From the sequence record NC_052661.1: a DNA stretch of 64,000 bases; one strand, written 5' to 3'. The translations under genes were made by a program, and so were the position numbers. The notes beneath the pieces were generated by a model. It did no database searches. It saw nothing but the letters and a program-made list of their open reading frames with translations, and was not told the DNA's origin. Of the stretch, positions 51,454-62,170 are shown piece after piece. How positions within the stretch are numbered: position 1 is the stretch's first letter; each line of letters begins with the position of its first letter. This DNA comes from Escherichia phage ukendt.

Positions 51454-54329
51454 TGTCAAGAGTTAAGCACAATATTGACAACACGTTTCAGTTGATTGAA
51501 GGGTTGGTTCAGTTTTTGGAAAGAAATACTGGGCTTACCATAGATCCTACGGTTCAGCATTACATTATCAACCCACAAAACGTATTGGCGAACAACAGAC
51601 ACTTTATTAACTGGACAGCGCAGGAAGGGCAACCAAACGGTGACGCTACTACCGAAGGTCAATCTGTGCTTATCACTGGTTTTGCTTATGCATATTTGGC
51701 TACAGGGGATAAAAAATATCTTGAATCTGCCGAGAAGTATTGGCAAGCCTATATAGATCACTTCTTCGGGGGCCAACCTATTCCTGATCCTCCGGCTAAG
51801 TATCGTCCCAACTGGATCATCAATGGTAAAGAACCACGTTTAGCACATTACCCTCTCACAGATGATGGGTATCCTACGCACGGTGGGTTCAAAGGTAGCA
51901 TGATGACTTGGATTAACGGAAGGACTGTTATTCCTAAAGGTGCACCGCATTGGGGGGAATACTTAGATAAAGCTTGGTTTGCTTTCAATGGCAATCTTGG
52001 TTGGAACTCCGTTAACGCAACAGTTTATGCAACTAATCCAGATGGTTCAACCAACTGGAAAGAATATGGAGATCAGTGGGACGTTGAATGGATTATAGAT
52101 CGTCTAGGACGTAAAGTTGATTGGGATGGTAACATTTTATCTACAGGTCACAGCTTCGCAGAATATGGAACAGTGCAACTTAAAAATGCTTCTGTGAACG
52201 GTGATTATAAATTCAACTACGCTACATGCAACCCTGTAGAACACGGTGGATATCTGCTTAAGCGTAATGAGATGTGGCATAACCGTCCTGTAAACGTTCC
52301 GGTAGAGTTAGGTTATCAAGATAATGCTTCCGATGCTGAAACGTGGTGGTGTGATGCAAACTACTTGATGTATCAGATCACAGGAGAGAGAAAATACTGG
52401 CTTTGCTGGCAATCTTCTTTATTGTTGTGTCAAGACTACTCAAACATCGATATGTTTGATAAATTCTTCCGTAGATCTACGACAGCAATAATTCCTTTTA
52501 CAGATGGTATCTCTTATGATTACTCATACCCATCTACAGCAATACCTAAATATTCTCGTGACGAATTAGGATACACAGTAATTCGCCAAGATGTTGCAGC
52601 ACAAACAACTCTAGAACAACAGGCAGTTTGGTTCAGAGTGGATCAGAATTCAAAACTGCGTATTGAGTTTCAAGGTGTAGATGATGCAGGGGAAGGTGTT
52701 CTTTTCCGTCCAGAGTTAGAATTAAGCAAGACTAAGAGTGAAACAGACACAGTGACATATCGTTGTGGCTTACCTCTTGGTGCAGCTAATATGACTAAGA
52801 TGGATATACCTTTATCTAGTTTTATGCGCACTGAACCTCCTGGAGGTGGTGTATATATTATTGCTGAACCTAGAATAATTGTTGACTGGGGAAGCAATAC
52901 TGTGGTACAATATAAATATGCAACTGGTATTGCTGGGACAAATAGTGATCAGATAGTTTCTGCTAATATGGATTCAGATGGTGGTTTTACTATTGGATTT
53001 TGGTTAACACCAACTAAAACAGCTAATTTAAAATCTATTACGTATCGTTCATATGCAGATGATTTTAACATCACTATTACGGATTCCGCAGGTTGGAGAT
53101 GGTGGGCCATGTTAGAAAAAACAAATTCTGCATGGGTTACTAAAGCTTTAAGTCCTGCTGATTTCAAATTAAGCACTTGGCAACCTAATCACAATGACAC
53201 AGAGACAAAACCTTCGTCAATAAACCTGACTACTGTTGATCAGATCAACATTGCATTGGATTCTGAACCTGCAAATGGCTTGACAGGGGCAATCGACTTT
53301 TATTGCGTTAACGATATCCCATCTTTGTATTCTTCAGCCGCTGGCGATGATTACACAATGTATTTCAGGGTTACAGTTTCATCTGAAAATCCTTATACAG
53401 CAAAACTTGGAGATTGTACAATACTGGACTACAAACTTGACAGTTTGAATTATACTCCAGGAATCATTCCATTTTCCAATATTAGTGATCCTAACACAGC
53501 ATTATATGACGGTTGGCGTGGTATTCCTTACCCAGGTTATCAATACCCATCCTTATATTGTTTTAAAGGGAGAGATATTGACTGGGTTCGTATGAACAAC
53601 AGTATAGACTTTTTATATGATTCCCAAATGTGGTTTTATAATAAGTTTGCCCCTGTGATGCCTGGGCCAATGGCACAAGCTTATGTTTGGGATCGTTGGG
53701 ATGCTCATAAATACGGAAACAAGAATGAGTTCACAATGTATCATTGGAACGATAAAGCTTGGGATGGTTATGAAGCACGAGCATTCTTCTGTGCGTGTCA
53801 TACAGTATACGAACTGAAGCAACGAGGAGCAGAAGTTCCTGAAAAACTTTTAACAGTTTGTAAAAACTGGATCAATTATCTGAAGTGGTTCCAAGATAAC
53901 AACGAAGGAAGAACACCAACAATATTTTATCCCAACGGAGAAGTGGCTGCGCCTGTAGATGACTTTACAAGTCACATGTCTGCGCTCTTTATGGCGGGAT
54001 GTGCTATAATGGGGATGGCTGGATATGATTCAGAAATTCCTAACATTAAAATAGTAGCAGATCGCTGTTTTGAACTTATTCAGGAAAATTATATTGTTCT
54101 TGGTCCTAATCACGTTATGAATGGTTGTTGGAGTGCTGCTCCTAGACCAGACAGTGATAACGGAGTCTTCTTTGGCTTCCACGCCGGAGAGTTGTTACGT
54201 GGTTTTGGGTTGTATGCCTTATACAAAAAACTTAATCCCCAAAATGCATTACCTGTTTTGGATTCGAGCAATATTCCTGCACTTACTGTTTTGACAATGG
54301 CAAACATTAGTGTGGACGTTACCGAGTAA
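51453..54329 (+). CDS. large tail-associated protein (958 aa), possible glycoside-hydrolase-like
   Basis: Trp/Tyr-rich; QSVLITGFAYAYLATGDKKYLESAEKYWQ resembles alpha/alpha-toroid enzymes; unverified. Confidence 0.45.
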   Translation: MSRVKHNIDNTFQLIEGLVQFLERNTGLTIDPTVQHYIINPQNVLANNRHFINWTAQEGQPNGDATTEGQSVLITGFAYAYLATGDKKYLESAEKYWQAYIDHFFGGQPIPDPPAKYRPNWIINGKEPRLAHYPLTDDGYPTHGGFKGSMMTWINGRTVIPKGAPHWGEYLDKAWFAFNGNLGWNSVNATVYATNPDGSTNWKEYGDQWDVEWIIDRLGRKVDWDGNILSTGHSFAEYGTVQLKNASVNGDYKFNYATCNPVEHGGYLLKRNEMWHNRPVNVPVELGYQDNASDAETWWCDANYLMYQITGERKYWLCWQSSLLLCQDYSNIDMFDKFFRRSTTAIIPFTDGISYDYSYPSTAIPKYSRDELGYTVIRQDVAAQTTLEQQAVWFRVDQNSKLRIEFQGVDDAGEGVLFRPELELSKTKSETDTVTYRCGLPLGAANMTKMDIPLSSFMRTEPPGGGVYIIAEPRIIVDWGSNTVVQYKYATGIAGTNSDQIVSANMDSDGGFTIGFWLTPTKTANLKSITYRSYADDFNITITDSAGWRWWAMLEKTNSAWVTKALSPADFKLSTWQPNHNDTETKPSSINLTTVDQINIALDSEPANGLTGAIDFYCVNDIPSLYSSAAGDDYTMYFRVTVSSENPYTAKLGDCTILDYKLDSLNYTPGIIPFSNISDPNTALYDGWRGIPYPGYQYPSLYCFKGRDIDWVRMNNSIDFLYDSQMWFYNKFAPVMPGPMAQAYVWDRWDAHKYGNKNEFTMYHWNDKAWDGYEARAFFCACHTVYELKQRGAEVPEKLLTVCKNWINYLKWFQDNNEGRTPTIFYPNGEVAAPVDDFTSHMSALFMAGCAIMGMAGYDSEIPNIKIVADRCFELIQENYIVLGPNHVMNGCWSAAPRPDSDNGVFFGFHAGELLRGFGLYALYKKLNPQNALPVLDSSNIPALTVLTMANISVDVTE

Positions 54330-54337
54330 GGGGTAAA

Positions 54338-56491
54338 ATGAAACAAGCTATATTTACTGTCACGCGAGACAAGAGAGTAAATGCGAGTTCATTTAACTAC
54401 ACGACTGTTGACGGAACAGCAGTCGCTGGTAGAGATTATATTGCAAAATCGGGAACACTTGTGTTCCCTGATGATGCTGATTCTGCTACCATTGTGGTTG
54501 AAGTATTTGAACGACCAAAGAACTCAATAGATCTTAACTTCTCCCTCCAAGTTTCAGGGATTAGTCAAAATAATATGATGGTTGAAACAATCATCAATTG
54601 TATTATAACTACTATCCAAGAAAATACCACTCCAATAACTTGGACTACAAAAGACGTTAAAATGTTCTCTCCTATGTATTGGACAATAGATTCTCAAGCA
54701 ACGGAAAGTTGTTCTATTGTATCTCATGGAGACTCTTTTACTGCAAGATTTGTAAACAGAACAACAGCAGGTTTGGCAGGGGTTATCTGGAGCACAGTTG
54801 ACAAATATGACCATAAAGGTGTTGGGTATTTACCCCACACAGATTTAAGTTCAGAGAAACTTTGGTTTAAAATGGAAATTAGTCAAAACATGCCAGGTTT
54901 TAAAGAAGAACCTTTGGTGCCGACTTTGACTGTAACTCTCCTGGATAAAAGTGTTCATTATGTCAGTTTAGGATTCTACGCTTCAGATATTTCAGAAGAT
55001 GGTAAAACAGCTACAATCAAGTTAGATTTTGGTAATATCTTTTCTGGCCCTAATAATGATATTCCTTTGGATATGAGTGCTGTAGATAATATTTTCTTCT
55101 CTTTGATTACAGCAAGGTATGAAGAAATAGAAGAGATTGTACCTATTGCCAGTCTAGAGGCTTGGTTTACTTTCACTCTTCTTGAACCTACTTCTGGTTA
55201 CAGTATGATGAAAGTCAGCAACCTTGTCCAGCCTGAACATGATATTCGCATGTGCACATCTTATGATGATATGTATAACCTGACTCCAGAGAGAGTTATT
55301 TATAATACATATGCACTAGGTTATCGTGGAATGATTAACCATTATAACGGAATGTCTCACTATTATGAGTTCTCATGGAACGGAACATCTTGGGCTTTAA
55401 ATAGATCTGTTTTCCTGAATCCGGCTACAGAAGCTTGGCTTAACAGTTTCCATTCTATAGCTAATGAAAATGGCTACACAATAATGAACTCTTTGAGTTT
55501 TGAGTTGATGAGCACAGTTTGTCCTGTTGAATGGGTCCAGCATGATTGGAACGATGCTCTTGCAGCAACAGGGTATAAGCCTCCTAGTTACGTGTTGTCT
55601 CCAACTATTGACGAAGGCATGGAATATTTGCAAAATGTTATTAACAAAATAGCATCTATTTCTCAAGCTAATAACATTCCAGTCGTCATTCAAATTGGTG
55701 AACCTTGGTGGTGGTATAATACAGCAAGTAAAATGCCTTGTATATATGATTACACTACCAAACTGGCATTCAATACAGAAACAGGCTTATTTGCACAAGA
55801 TGCAGGAACAATAGATAATTATAAAACAGGAACGCCATTTGACGAATACTATGCATTTCTGTCTCGTAAACTAGGGTTAAGAGTTACAAAGTTTGCAACA
55901 GACACCAGAGCAACTTATCCTGGAGCTAAAGTAACATTGCTTCCGTTCTTACCATCAATTATCGGCAACGGTTTGATGGAGAAAGTTAACTTTCCGTCTG
56001 ATTACTACATTCCTGAAGCTTTTGATTTTTATTGTTCAGAATGTTACGACTGGCTTCTGGAAGGTAAAATGATGAAAGCATTCGATGCAATTACCATACC
56101 ACATGAAAAATTAGGTTTTGAATATTCTGATATTCACTATCTTTCGGGTTTTGTTCCAGATGCTACTCTTGCACCTTTGTATGGCTTCGATCCTGAATCA
56201 AACTACCGCACGTATCTTTGGAAAATGATTATAGGTAATATAGTGTTGAACGCCAATAAGTTTGACGGACTTACACAATATATATGGGCCTATCCTCAAA
56301 TAATGCATGATTCTATCACGGTAGTTAATTCTCAATCCCAAGTTTTCTATATGGGTAACGTGCCTTTGAACGTCTATTTACAGGATATCACTCTTAAACA
56401 GGCAAATGTTGAGATTGCCACCATAAGTGGAATTACATTAGCCACTAAATCTGGAGAAGATTTAGTAACAACACAAAAATTTTATATATAG
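54338..56491 (+). CDS. large tail-associated protein with N-terminal Calx-beta-like domain (717 aa)
   Basis: FTVTRD...SSFNYTTVDGTAVAGRDYIAKSGTLVFPDDADSATIVVEV matches Calx-beta pattern (T.DGTA.AG.DY....GTL.F). Confidence 0.5.
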   Translation: MKQAIFTVTRDKRVNASSFNYTTVDGTAVAGRDYIAKSGTLVFPDDADSATIVVEVFERPKNSIDLNFSLQVSGISQNNMMVETIINCIITTIQENTTPITWTTKDVKMFSPMYWTIDSQATESCSIVSHGDSFTARFVNRTTAGLAGVIWSTVDKYDHKGVGYLPHTDLSSEKLWFKMEISQNMPGFKEEPLVPTLTVTLLDKSVHYVSLGFYASDISEDGKTATIKLDFGNIFSGPNNDIPLDMSAVDNIFFSLITARYEEIEEIVPIASLEAWFTFTLLEPTSGYSMMKVSNLVQPEHDIRMCTSYDDMYNLTPERVIYNTYALGYRGMINHYNGMSHYYEFSWNGTSWALNRSVFLNPATEAWLNSFHSIANENGYTIMNSLSFELMSTVCPVEWVQHDWNDALAATGYKPPSYVLSPTIDEGMEYLQNVINKIASISQANNIPVVIQIGEPWWWYNTASKMPCIYDYTTKLAFNTETGLFAQDAGTIDNYKTGTPFDEYYAFLSRKLGLRVTKFATDTRATYPGAKVTLLPFLPSIIGNGLMEKVNFPSDYYIPEAFDFYCSECYDWLLEGKMMKAFDAITIPHEKLGFEYSDIHYLSGFVPDATLAPLYGFDPESNYRTYLWKMIIGNIVLNANKFDGLTQYIWAYPQIMHDSITVVNSQSQVFYMGNVPLNVYLQDITLKQANVEIATISGITLATKSGEDLVTTQKFYI

Positions 56492-56499
56492 GAGTAAAA

Positions 56500-58914
56500 A
56501 TGTCAACTACAATTACTAATTTACCCGAAACATCAAAAGTTAATGGTTCAGATTACCTGGTTTTAGATCAACCTGATAAAACTGTTAAAAGCACAGTTTC
56601 CAACTTTCTTGCTGACACTGGGGTGGTTTTAGCCACCCAGTTGAAAGATACAGATGGAGCAGATTTAATACAATCCTCAAATGGTAATACTGTTCAGGAA
56701 GAGTTGAATAACAATCTTCTTAATGATCGTGAACAGTGGCGTCGTAGTCTTGCTGAAGCAGGGCTAACACTGGTAAGCGGTAGCTTTGAGGAAGGCGCTA
56801 CAGTAAATAGTAAAACGGATGCTGTTTGGCACATTTCTGTTGGACAGTGTTATACATGGCATGGCGCTTTCCCTAAAACTGTTCCTGCTGACTCAACCCC
56901 TACATCAACCGGTGGTGTTGGTCCTAGTGCGTGGGTTAGTGTTGGTGATGCGAGTTTGCGGTCAATAGCTCAATATAGAGCCAATAACATCGAAGCGTTA
57001 AAATCATTGCCGCTTGCAGTTGGAGACATTGTTAATATTGCTGGATATTATGATGTTTTTGATGGAGCGCAGCATTACCGAGTGATTAGTGATGCAGATG
57101 ATGGAACAGGAGTTCAGCTCAATAATGGTTTATGGGCAAATATTATCATTAATGGCGATGCTTGTGTTGATTGGTTCGGGGCTAAAGGTGACGGTGTAGC
57201 TGATGATTGGTGGGCTATCAATAAAGCCATTAATGCTTCAATTTCTACCGCTTATCAGGGCGGTTGGTGGGAAACGTCAAGTAGAAACCCTAAATTTAAG
57301 GTGCATCTCAGTCGCCGCTCTTATCGTATTACTCGGCAAATACTACTACCTCCTTACATAGAGTTTTATGGTATGGGTTCGCGCTGGTATTTTTCTGGTG
57401 ATAATAATTCTCGCTTAATCCCTGATTTTGATAATCCGTTGCAATTCGCTGTGAAATCTGCTAGCTATATTGTTGAAACCGGTGAACTAGCACCTGAGGG
57501 GTGGTATTCTGGGGTGGTTTGGGTTGACCCAAAAAAACTAACGACTTGTCATGGTATTAAAACTTATGGATATAGCATCGAACCAACAAAACAAATTTTA
57601 GGCGGTATAAGACTGATAGCGAGCCCAATTTCTCATGTATATGATATATTCATAACAAATGTTGATTTTGGAGTTTTACTGAATTGTTCATGGGTGAGTA
57701 AGGTTGACGTTAAAACTCATCATAATAAATGTGGGGTTATGTCTAGTCATGATGGTAATAACACTCACGTGGATGGTTATTTTACAGGGACAGAAATCAA
57801 ACCGCTTGATGGTAATCCTTACCTCAACCCAATAGAGTCTTTAGACCCTACAACAGGGCTCCAAGACAAATCTATATCTGACCCAGACAGTAAAATAGGT
57901 GTGATTTTTTATTGGTCACAGGGGTCAACAAGTACGAATATGACGTGTGAGGGTAACACTATTTCGTTGGCTGTGGCTAAGGGTGGTGCTGATGTAAGGT
58001 GTTTATACTCAGAACGTAATTCAGATTGTACATTTACTGGGTACAGTTCACTAGTTACAATTGGTGAAATAACTGGCATTGGTGACGGTGGAACTTTTGA
58101 GCTTGGTGTAAATAATACTATTTCGTTAGACAAAGACACTCAGTATGGTGTCGCTAAACGATTTAAGTACGTGAGCGAGTGGGGTAATAAGATGTTTATG
58201 CCCTCTAGCTGGAAAGAATACACCAAAGGTTGTTTAGTTAAAGGATTTGATTATAGCGAAATTTTTGTAGATGCGATAAATGGAGATGACACTAATGTTG
58301 GTTCCAGTCTTTACCCTGTGAAAACTTTGGAGAGAGCTCTAACGCTTGTGAATTCAGTGTATACTACATCTAACTTGCTAAGCTCAGTGCCGAGGGATAG
58401 AGTAATAAAGTTAGTAGGCTCAGCAACATACTATCCAGACGGACAGCATAGGTTCATAGGTGGATCGTTGACAATTACAAAAGCTGATAACTCACGACCG
58501 ATTGTTAATTTATCAAAACCAATCCGAATTAACGACACATCTCTAGTATTTGAGGAAGTAAATTTAGTGCGACCAACAGATGACCACGGGAATGGTGAGA
58601 ATGGCGCAATTTTCCTTGAGGATGGGAGTAATGAAGTCAGATTGAAAAACTGTGATCTAAGTCTACAAAAATTCAGCTTCTTATATCCTACTTGGGGTTT
58701 TGCTGGAATATGTACCTTGGTGTTACACGGGGTTAGTGTTACTGGTGATTCAACAACAAGAATGATACAAACAGCTGATGGATATCATGATTTGCACTTG
58801 TTTAATGTAATTAGCTACGAGACAACTTACACTGGAGGAATAGAGTCAAGACTAGATAAAGGCTATGATATACCAGCAGATAGACGTGGTCATATATTGG
58901 GTGTATCAATATAA
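56500..58914 (+). CDS. tailspike/depolymerase with pectate-lyase-like beta-helix
   Basis: DACVDWFGAKGDGVADDWWAINKAINAS (FGAKGDG.TDD hallmark); N-terminal anchor-like MSTTITNLPETSKVNGSDYLVL; 804 aa. Confidence 0.6.
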   Translation: MSTTITNLPETSKVNGSDYLVLDQPDKTVKSTVSNFLADTGVVLATQLKDTDGADLIQSSNGNTVQEELNNNLLNDREQWRRSLAEAGLTLVSGSFEEGATVNSKTDAVWHISVGQCYTWHGAFPKTVPADSTPTSTGGVGPSAWVSVGDASLRSIAQYRANNIEALKSLPLAVGDIVNIAGYYDVFDGAQHYRVISDADDGTGVQLNNGLWANIIINGDACVDWFGAKGDGVADDWWAINKAINASISTAYQGGWWETSSRNPKFKVHLSRRSYRITRQILLPPYIEFYGMGSRWYFSGDNNSRLIPDFDNPLQFAVKSASYIVETGELAPEGWYSGVVWVDPKKLTTCHGIKTYGYSIEPTKQILGGIRLIASPISHVYDIFITNVDFGVLLNCSWVSKVDVKTHHNKCGVMSSHDGNNTHVDGYFTGTEIKPLDGNPYLNPIESLDPTTGLQDKSISDPDSKIGVIFYWSQGSTSTNMTCEGNTISLAVAKGGADVRCLYSERNSDCTFTGYSSLVTIGEITGIGDGGTFELGVNNTISLDKDTQYGVAKRFKYVSEWGNKMFMPSSWKEYTKGCLVKGFDYSEIFVDAINGDDTNVGSSLYPVKTLERALTLVNSVYTTSNLLSSVPRDRVIKLVGSATYYPDGQHRFIGGSLTITKADNSRPIVNLSKPIRINDTSLVFEEVNLVRPTDDHGNGENGAIFLEDGSNEVRLKNCDLSLQKFSFLYPTWGFAGICTLVLHGVSVTGDSTTRMIQTADGYHDLHLFNVISYETTYTGGIESRLDKGYDIPADRRGHILGVSI

Positions 58915-58936
58915 ATAATTGATATTATGCTTCATG

Positions 58937-58969
58937 GTAATTGTGGGTGAATCACTCACAATTACTTTT
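58937..58969 (+). terminator. intrinsic terminator after tailspike gene
   Basis: 9-bp stem GTAATTGTG/CACAATTAC, 11-nt loop, followed by TTTT. Confidence 0.55.
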
Positions 58970-59494
58970 AGGTACTACAGTTGATAATTCAGATTGATAC
59001 ATTGGATTAGCAGGTGCGTGTACTACTAGCACTTGAATTTTGATACATAAATCCGGCACCCTCCCTCACCCTCAACGCGCCCAATTGCCTCCATAGGAGG
59101 CTCATTACCTCCTTGTGGGCTTTGTTGTAGGCATGATTGCTGTTCAATATTTTAGGCACTAACCAGCCGACATTGTTGATGGAAATATAAACGTAAACAA
59201 CAATGCATATAACTCAGTTGTTGTGGCACTAAATTCTTACGTAGGTTATAGGTTGTTGTAAAACAAAACCCCGACTCGGCGGAGAATTATAAAGGTACTA
59301 TCATGGACTTCATTACGATTCAAACAAACTATGTCCTGCAAGCGCATGTCATCGCCATGTGATAAAATGATGAAAACATATCGTAGCAGGGTTAATCTTG
59401 TCTTTAGTTACTATCGTACTAACTCAAAGTGTTGTCACTACCACTGCAAGCCCCCTCCAAAGAGGGGCTTACTTAGAAAAACAAAGAGGTTTAT

Positions 59495-59803
59495 ATGAAC
59501 GAATTATTCTCACAAGGTGGTAAGGGTTCAACAGGAATCCTAACCAACAAGCAAGCAGTAGCCCGTCACTTTGGGGTTAAACAATCTGAGGTTGTTTACT
59601 TCTCAGTAGGTGCTCTGCTTACAGGTTACAAAGTCATCTATGACAAAGTGTCACAGAGGGCTTACTCATTACCTGCTGATATTGCCCCAGGTACTACTGC
59701 CATTAGTCTTAGTGCTGCTGTACTTGTGCATTCAGCGGGTTCTGTAGACCTTGGGGAATTAGCTATATCTCGTGATTTAAAAAGTAATGAGAACGCACTA
59801 TGA
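59495..59803 (+). CDS. hypothetical protein (102 aa)
   Basis: SD AAGAGG; preceded by GC hairpin at ~59450..59468. Confidence 0.45.
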   Translation: MNELFSQGGKGSTGILTNKQAVARHFGVKQSEVVYFSVGALLTGYKVIYDKVSQRAYSLPADIAPGTTAISLSAAVLVHSAGSVDLGELAISRDLKSNENAL

Positions 59804-60042
59804 GAAAATTTTTAATAGGTATGTTCTGTACATATCCTGATAATAAAGTCAGTTCTACTAAAGTCTGGAACGCTGTAGGCATGTCGGTTATGACAGGCAT
59901 GTTTATCTTTTTAGGAATAGAAAAAGAAATTCCTGAATGGATGGGTTGGGCTTTTGTTTTCATGATAACTCCTTCTCGCCTCATGAAAAATCTTATTGAT
60001 TTACGCTGGGGCAGATCACAATCTACCAAAGAGGATGACTAA
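59800..60042 (+). CDS. small membrane protein (80 aa)
   Basis: two hydrophobic segments and a charged C-terminus; ATGA overlaps on both sides. Confidence 0.4.
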   Translation: MRKFLIGMFCTYPDNKVSSTKVWNAVGMSVMTGMFIFLGIEKEIPEWMGWAFVFMITPSRLMKNLIDLRWGRSQSTKEDD

Positions 60043-61529
60043 TGGACGAATATGGTTTGACAGATGCGGGATTTGTAATCCCGACTTTTGACGATGTTTT
60101 AAACAACTACATGACAGCAGTAAAAAACACATTTGGTGCAGATGCAGCCACTTCGGAAGATACTGTGATCGGACAACTGTTTAGAATAATTGCATACACA
60201 GATTACACATTGTGGGAAGGTATGCAAGGGGTTTATAATACTCAAACACTGGATGGTGCAGAAGGTATTTATCTTGACGAAATCTTTTCTAAACGTGGTT
60301 TCTATCGAGCAGGGGCAGCAGCAAGTACAGGTTATGCCTATGTTAAGAGTAATAACAAAGCAGCTTGGACTTATGAGTTAGGCACAGATATTTACTTCAA
60401 CTCTGATAGTGATATGAACTACTATGTTAGCACACCAACTATGTTGAATGCTAAGATTGCAGCTTATCAAATTTCTCGTGCTAATGCAACTGCTACAGGT
60501 GTTCCAAATATTACTTTTTATGCACAAAGTGCGATAGATGGAGGACTAAACAGTAAAACACTTGCACCTGGTTCTTCTACATTTATAACCGATCTTGAAA
60601 CTTTTATCAAGGCGAATTTAACAGAAGCTGATCGTAGTCTTGTATTTTCTGATTCAGGTAACTTATCAATTGGTTTTACTTCTTTAACCAGTGATACTCC
60701 AGTGGGGCTGGTAACTCCTATTAAATTTTATGCTAGTGTTCCGGTTGGAACCAAGTGGAGTGAGATTCCGGTAGTTGCAGCAGAGAAAGGATACAATCCT
60801 GTTGGTGTGGAGTCTATTACAGGGATATCTTCTACCTTTACAGGTTATCTTGACAGTGGTAACTTTTATTCATTTTCTCCTGGTCGGGATGTTGAGACAG
60901 ACGCAGAATTCCGCTCTCGTTTCAATGACAACGTTGATGAAGCTAACGCAGGGACACGAGCAGCTATTGTGAAAGCTCTGTTACTTACAGATGGTGTTAC
61001 TAAGGTGAAGATTTATGATAACCCTACATTACATGATCAAGAACACGCTCCAGCTATGACTTTCCAGACTATAGTTTATGGTGGCAGTGCAGAAGAAATT
61101 GCAAATGTTATCTATAAAACCAAACCAATCAACACTTTGACACACGGAACAACAAACATAACTGTTACAACGGAAGACGGAGGACAAGAAATTATTCGTT
61201 TTTCTCCTGGTGCTTCTGCTACATATTCCGTAAAACTTGTTTATCAAACTGTCAACGGAACAACTTTAAGTGGAACAGAAAAACAAAACATTGTAGAAGC
61301 TTTACAAAACCTGCAAGCTTACTTTGAATTAGGTTCTTCAGTAACGAACGATCAAATCAAAGGTGTTATTTATGCAGCACTTGCTTTTGGACGCTTGACT
61401 TCTCTTCGTGTTTATGTTAAACTTAATACTGAGGATGACAGTAAATATACAGAGAATAATATAGTTCCTGCTTATAATGTTGTCCCTTCTTTTGACCTTG
61501 ATAACATTTCTTACGAGTATGGAGTGTAA
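60042..61529 (+). CDS. baseplate protein J-like
   Basis: 495 aa; N-terminal region DEIFSKRGFYRAGAAASTGYAY is J-like; followed by I-like, fibre and Tfa genes. Confidence 0.6.
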   Translation: MDEYGLTDAGFVIPTFDDVLNNYMTAVKNTFGADAATSEDTVIGQLFRIIAYTDYTLWEGMQGVYNTQTLDGAEGIYLDEIFSKRGFYRAGAAASTGYAYVKSNNKAAWTYELGTDIYFNSDSDMNYYVSTPTMLNAKIAAYQISRANATATGVPNITFYAQSAIDGGLNSKTLAPGSSTFITDLETFIKANLTEADRSLVFSDSGNLSIGFTSLTSDTPVGLVTPIKFYASVPVGTKWSEIPVVAAEKGYNPVGVESITGISSTFTGYLDSGNFYSFSPGRDVETDAEFRSRFNDNVDEANAGTRAAIVKALLLTDGVTKVKIYDNPTLHDQEHAPAMTFQTIVYGGSAEEIANVIYKTKPINTLTHGTTNITVTTEDGGQEIIRFSPGASATYSVKLVYQTVNGTTLSGTEKQNIVEALQNLQAYFELGSSVTNDQIKGVIYAALAFGRLTSLRVYVKLNTEDDSKYTENNIVPAYNVVPSFDLDNISYEYGV

Positions 61530-61531
61530 AA

Positions 61532-62161
61532 ATGGCAGTGAGTGTTGACCATGTAACAACTTGGGCCAGTATCAATGAAGACGTTAAAAACCTTCTGATT
61601 GAAGATTTTAAATCTTCTCCTAACATTGTCAAGCTCCTCTACATCGTATCCAGTGAAAAGCAAAAGATAGATCAGGCAATGATCTATCTTGCTAAACACC
61701 GCTTGATCTCCACAGCCACAGGCAAATACCTAGATATTTTAGGAGAAGAAATGGGGATTGAACGTAATGGCTCTGATGATGAAGAGTATAGAACAATATT
61801 AAAAATCAGGGCTTACCGCGTAGCCTCATCGGGGACTCGTGGTGACATAATTGATATCTTCGCCCGTTTCACAGGGACAGAGCGTGAAACGCTTAATACT
61901 TATGTAGGTTTGAATAAAACCTTTGACGTGTTTTTCTACAACCTGTGTCTTCAATCTGATCAAGCTTTAGAGCAGTTACTAAGTGTTTTCCCTATTATTA
62001 GTAGCTACCGTCTTGGAGCAAAAGCAGGATCAGCTTTTGGTTTTAGTTCTTATTATGCTACCAAACCGCCTCATGGTATTGGTGGTTTAGGTTCCCTGTA
62101 CATGGAATCTACTGGGGATGAAACAGGACGCATGTGTACGCTTCTCAAGCAAATAGATTAA
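61532..62161 (+). CDS. baseplate/tail protein I-like
   Basis: 209 aa downstream of J-like gene. Confidence 0.45.
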   Translation: MAVSVDHVTTWASINEDVKNLLIEDFKSSPNIVKLLYIVSSEKQKIDQAMIYLAKHRLISTATGKYLDILGEEMGIERNGSDDEEYRTILKIRAYRVASSGTRGDIIDIFARFTGTERETLNTYVGLNKTFDVFFYNLCLQSDQALEQLLSVFPIISSYRLGAKAGSAFGFSSYYATKPPHGIGGLGSLYMESTGDETGRMCTLLKQID

Positions 62162-62170
62162 GGAGTTTAA

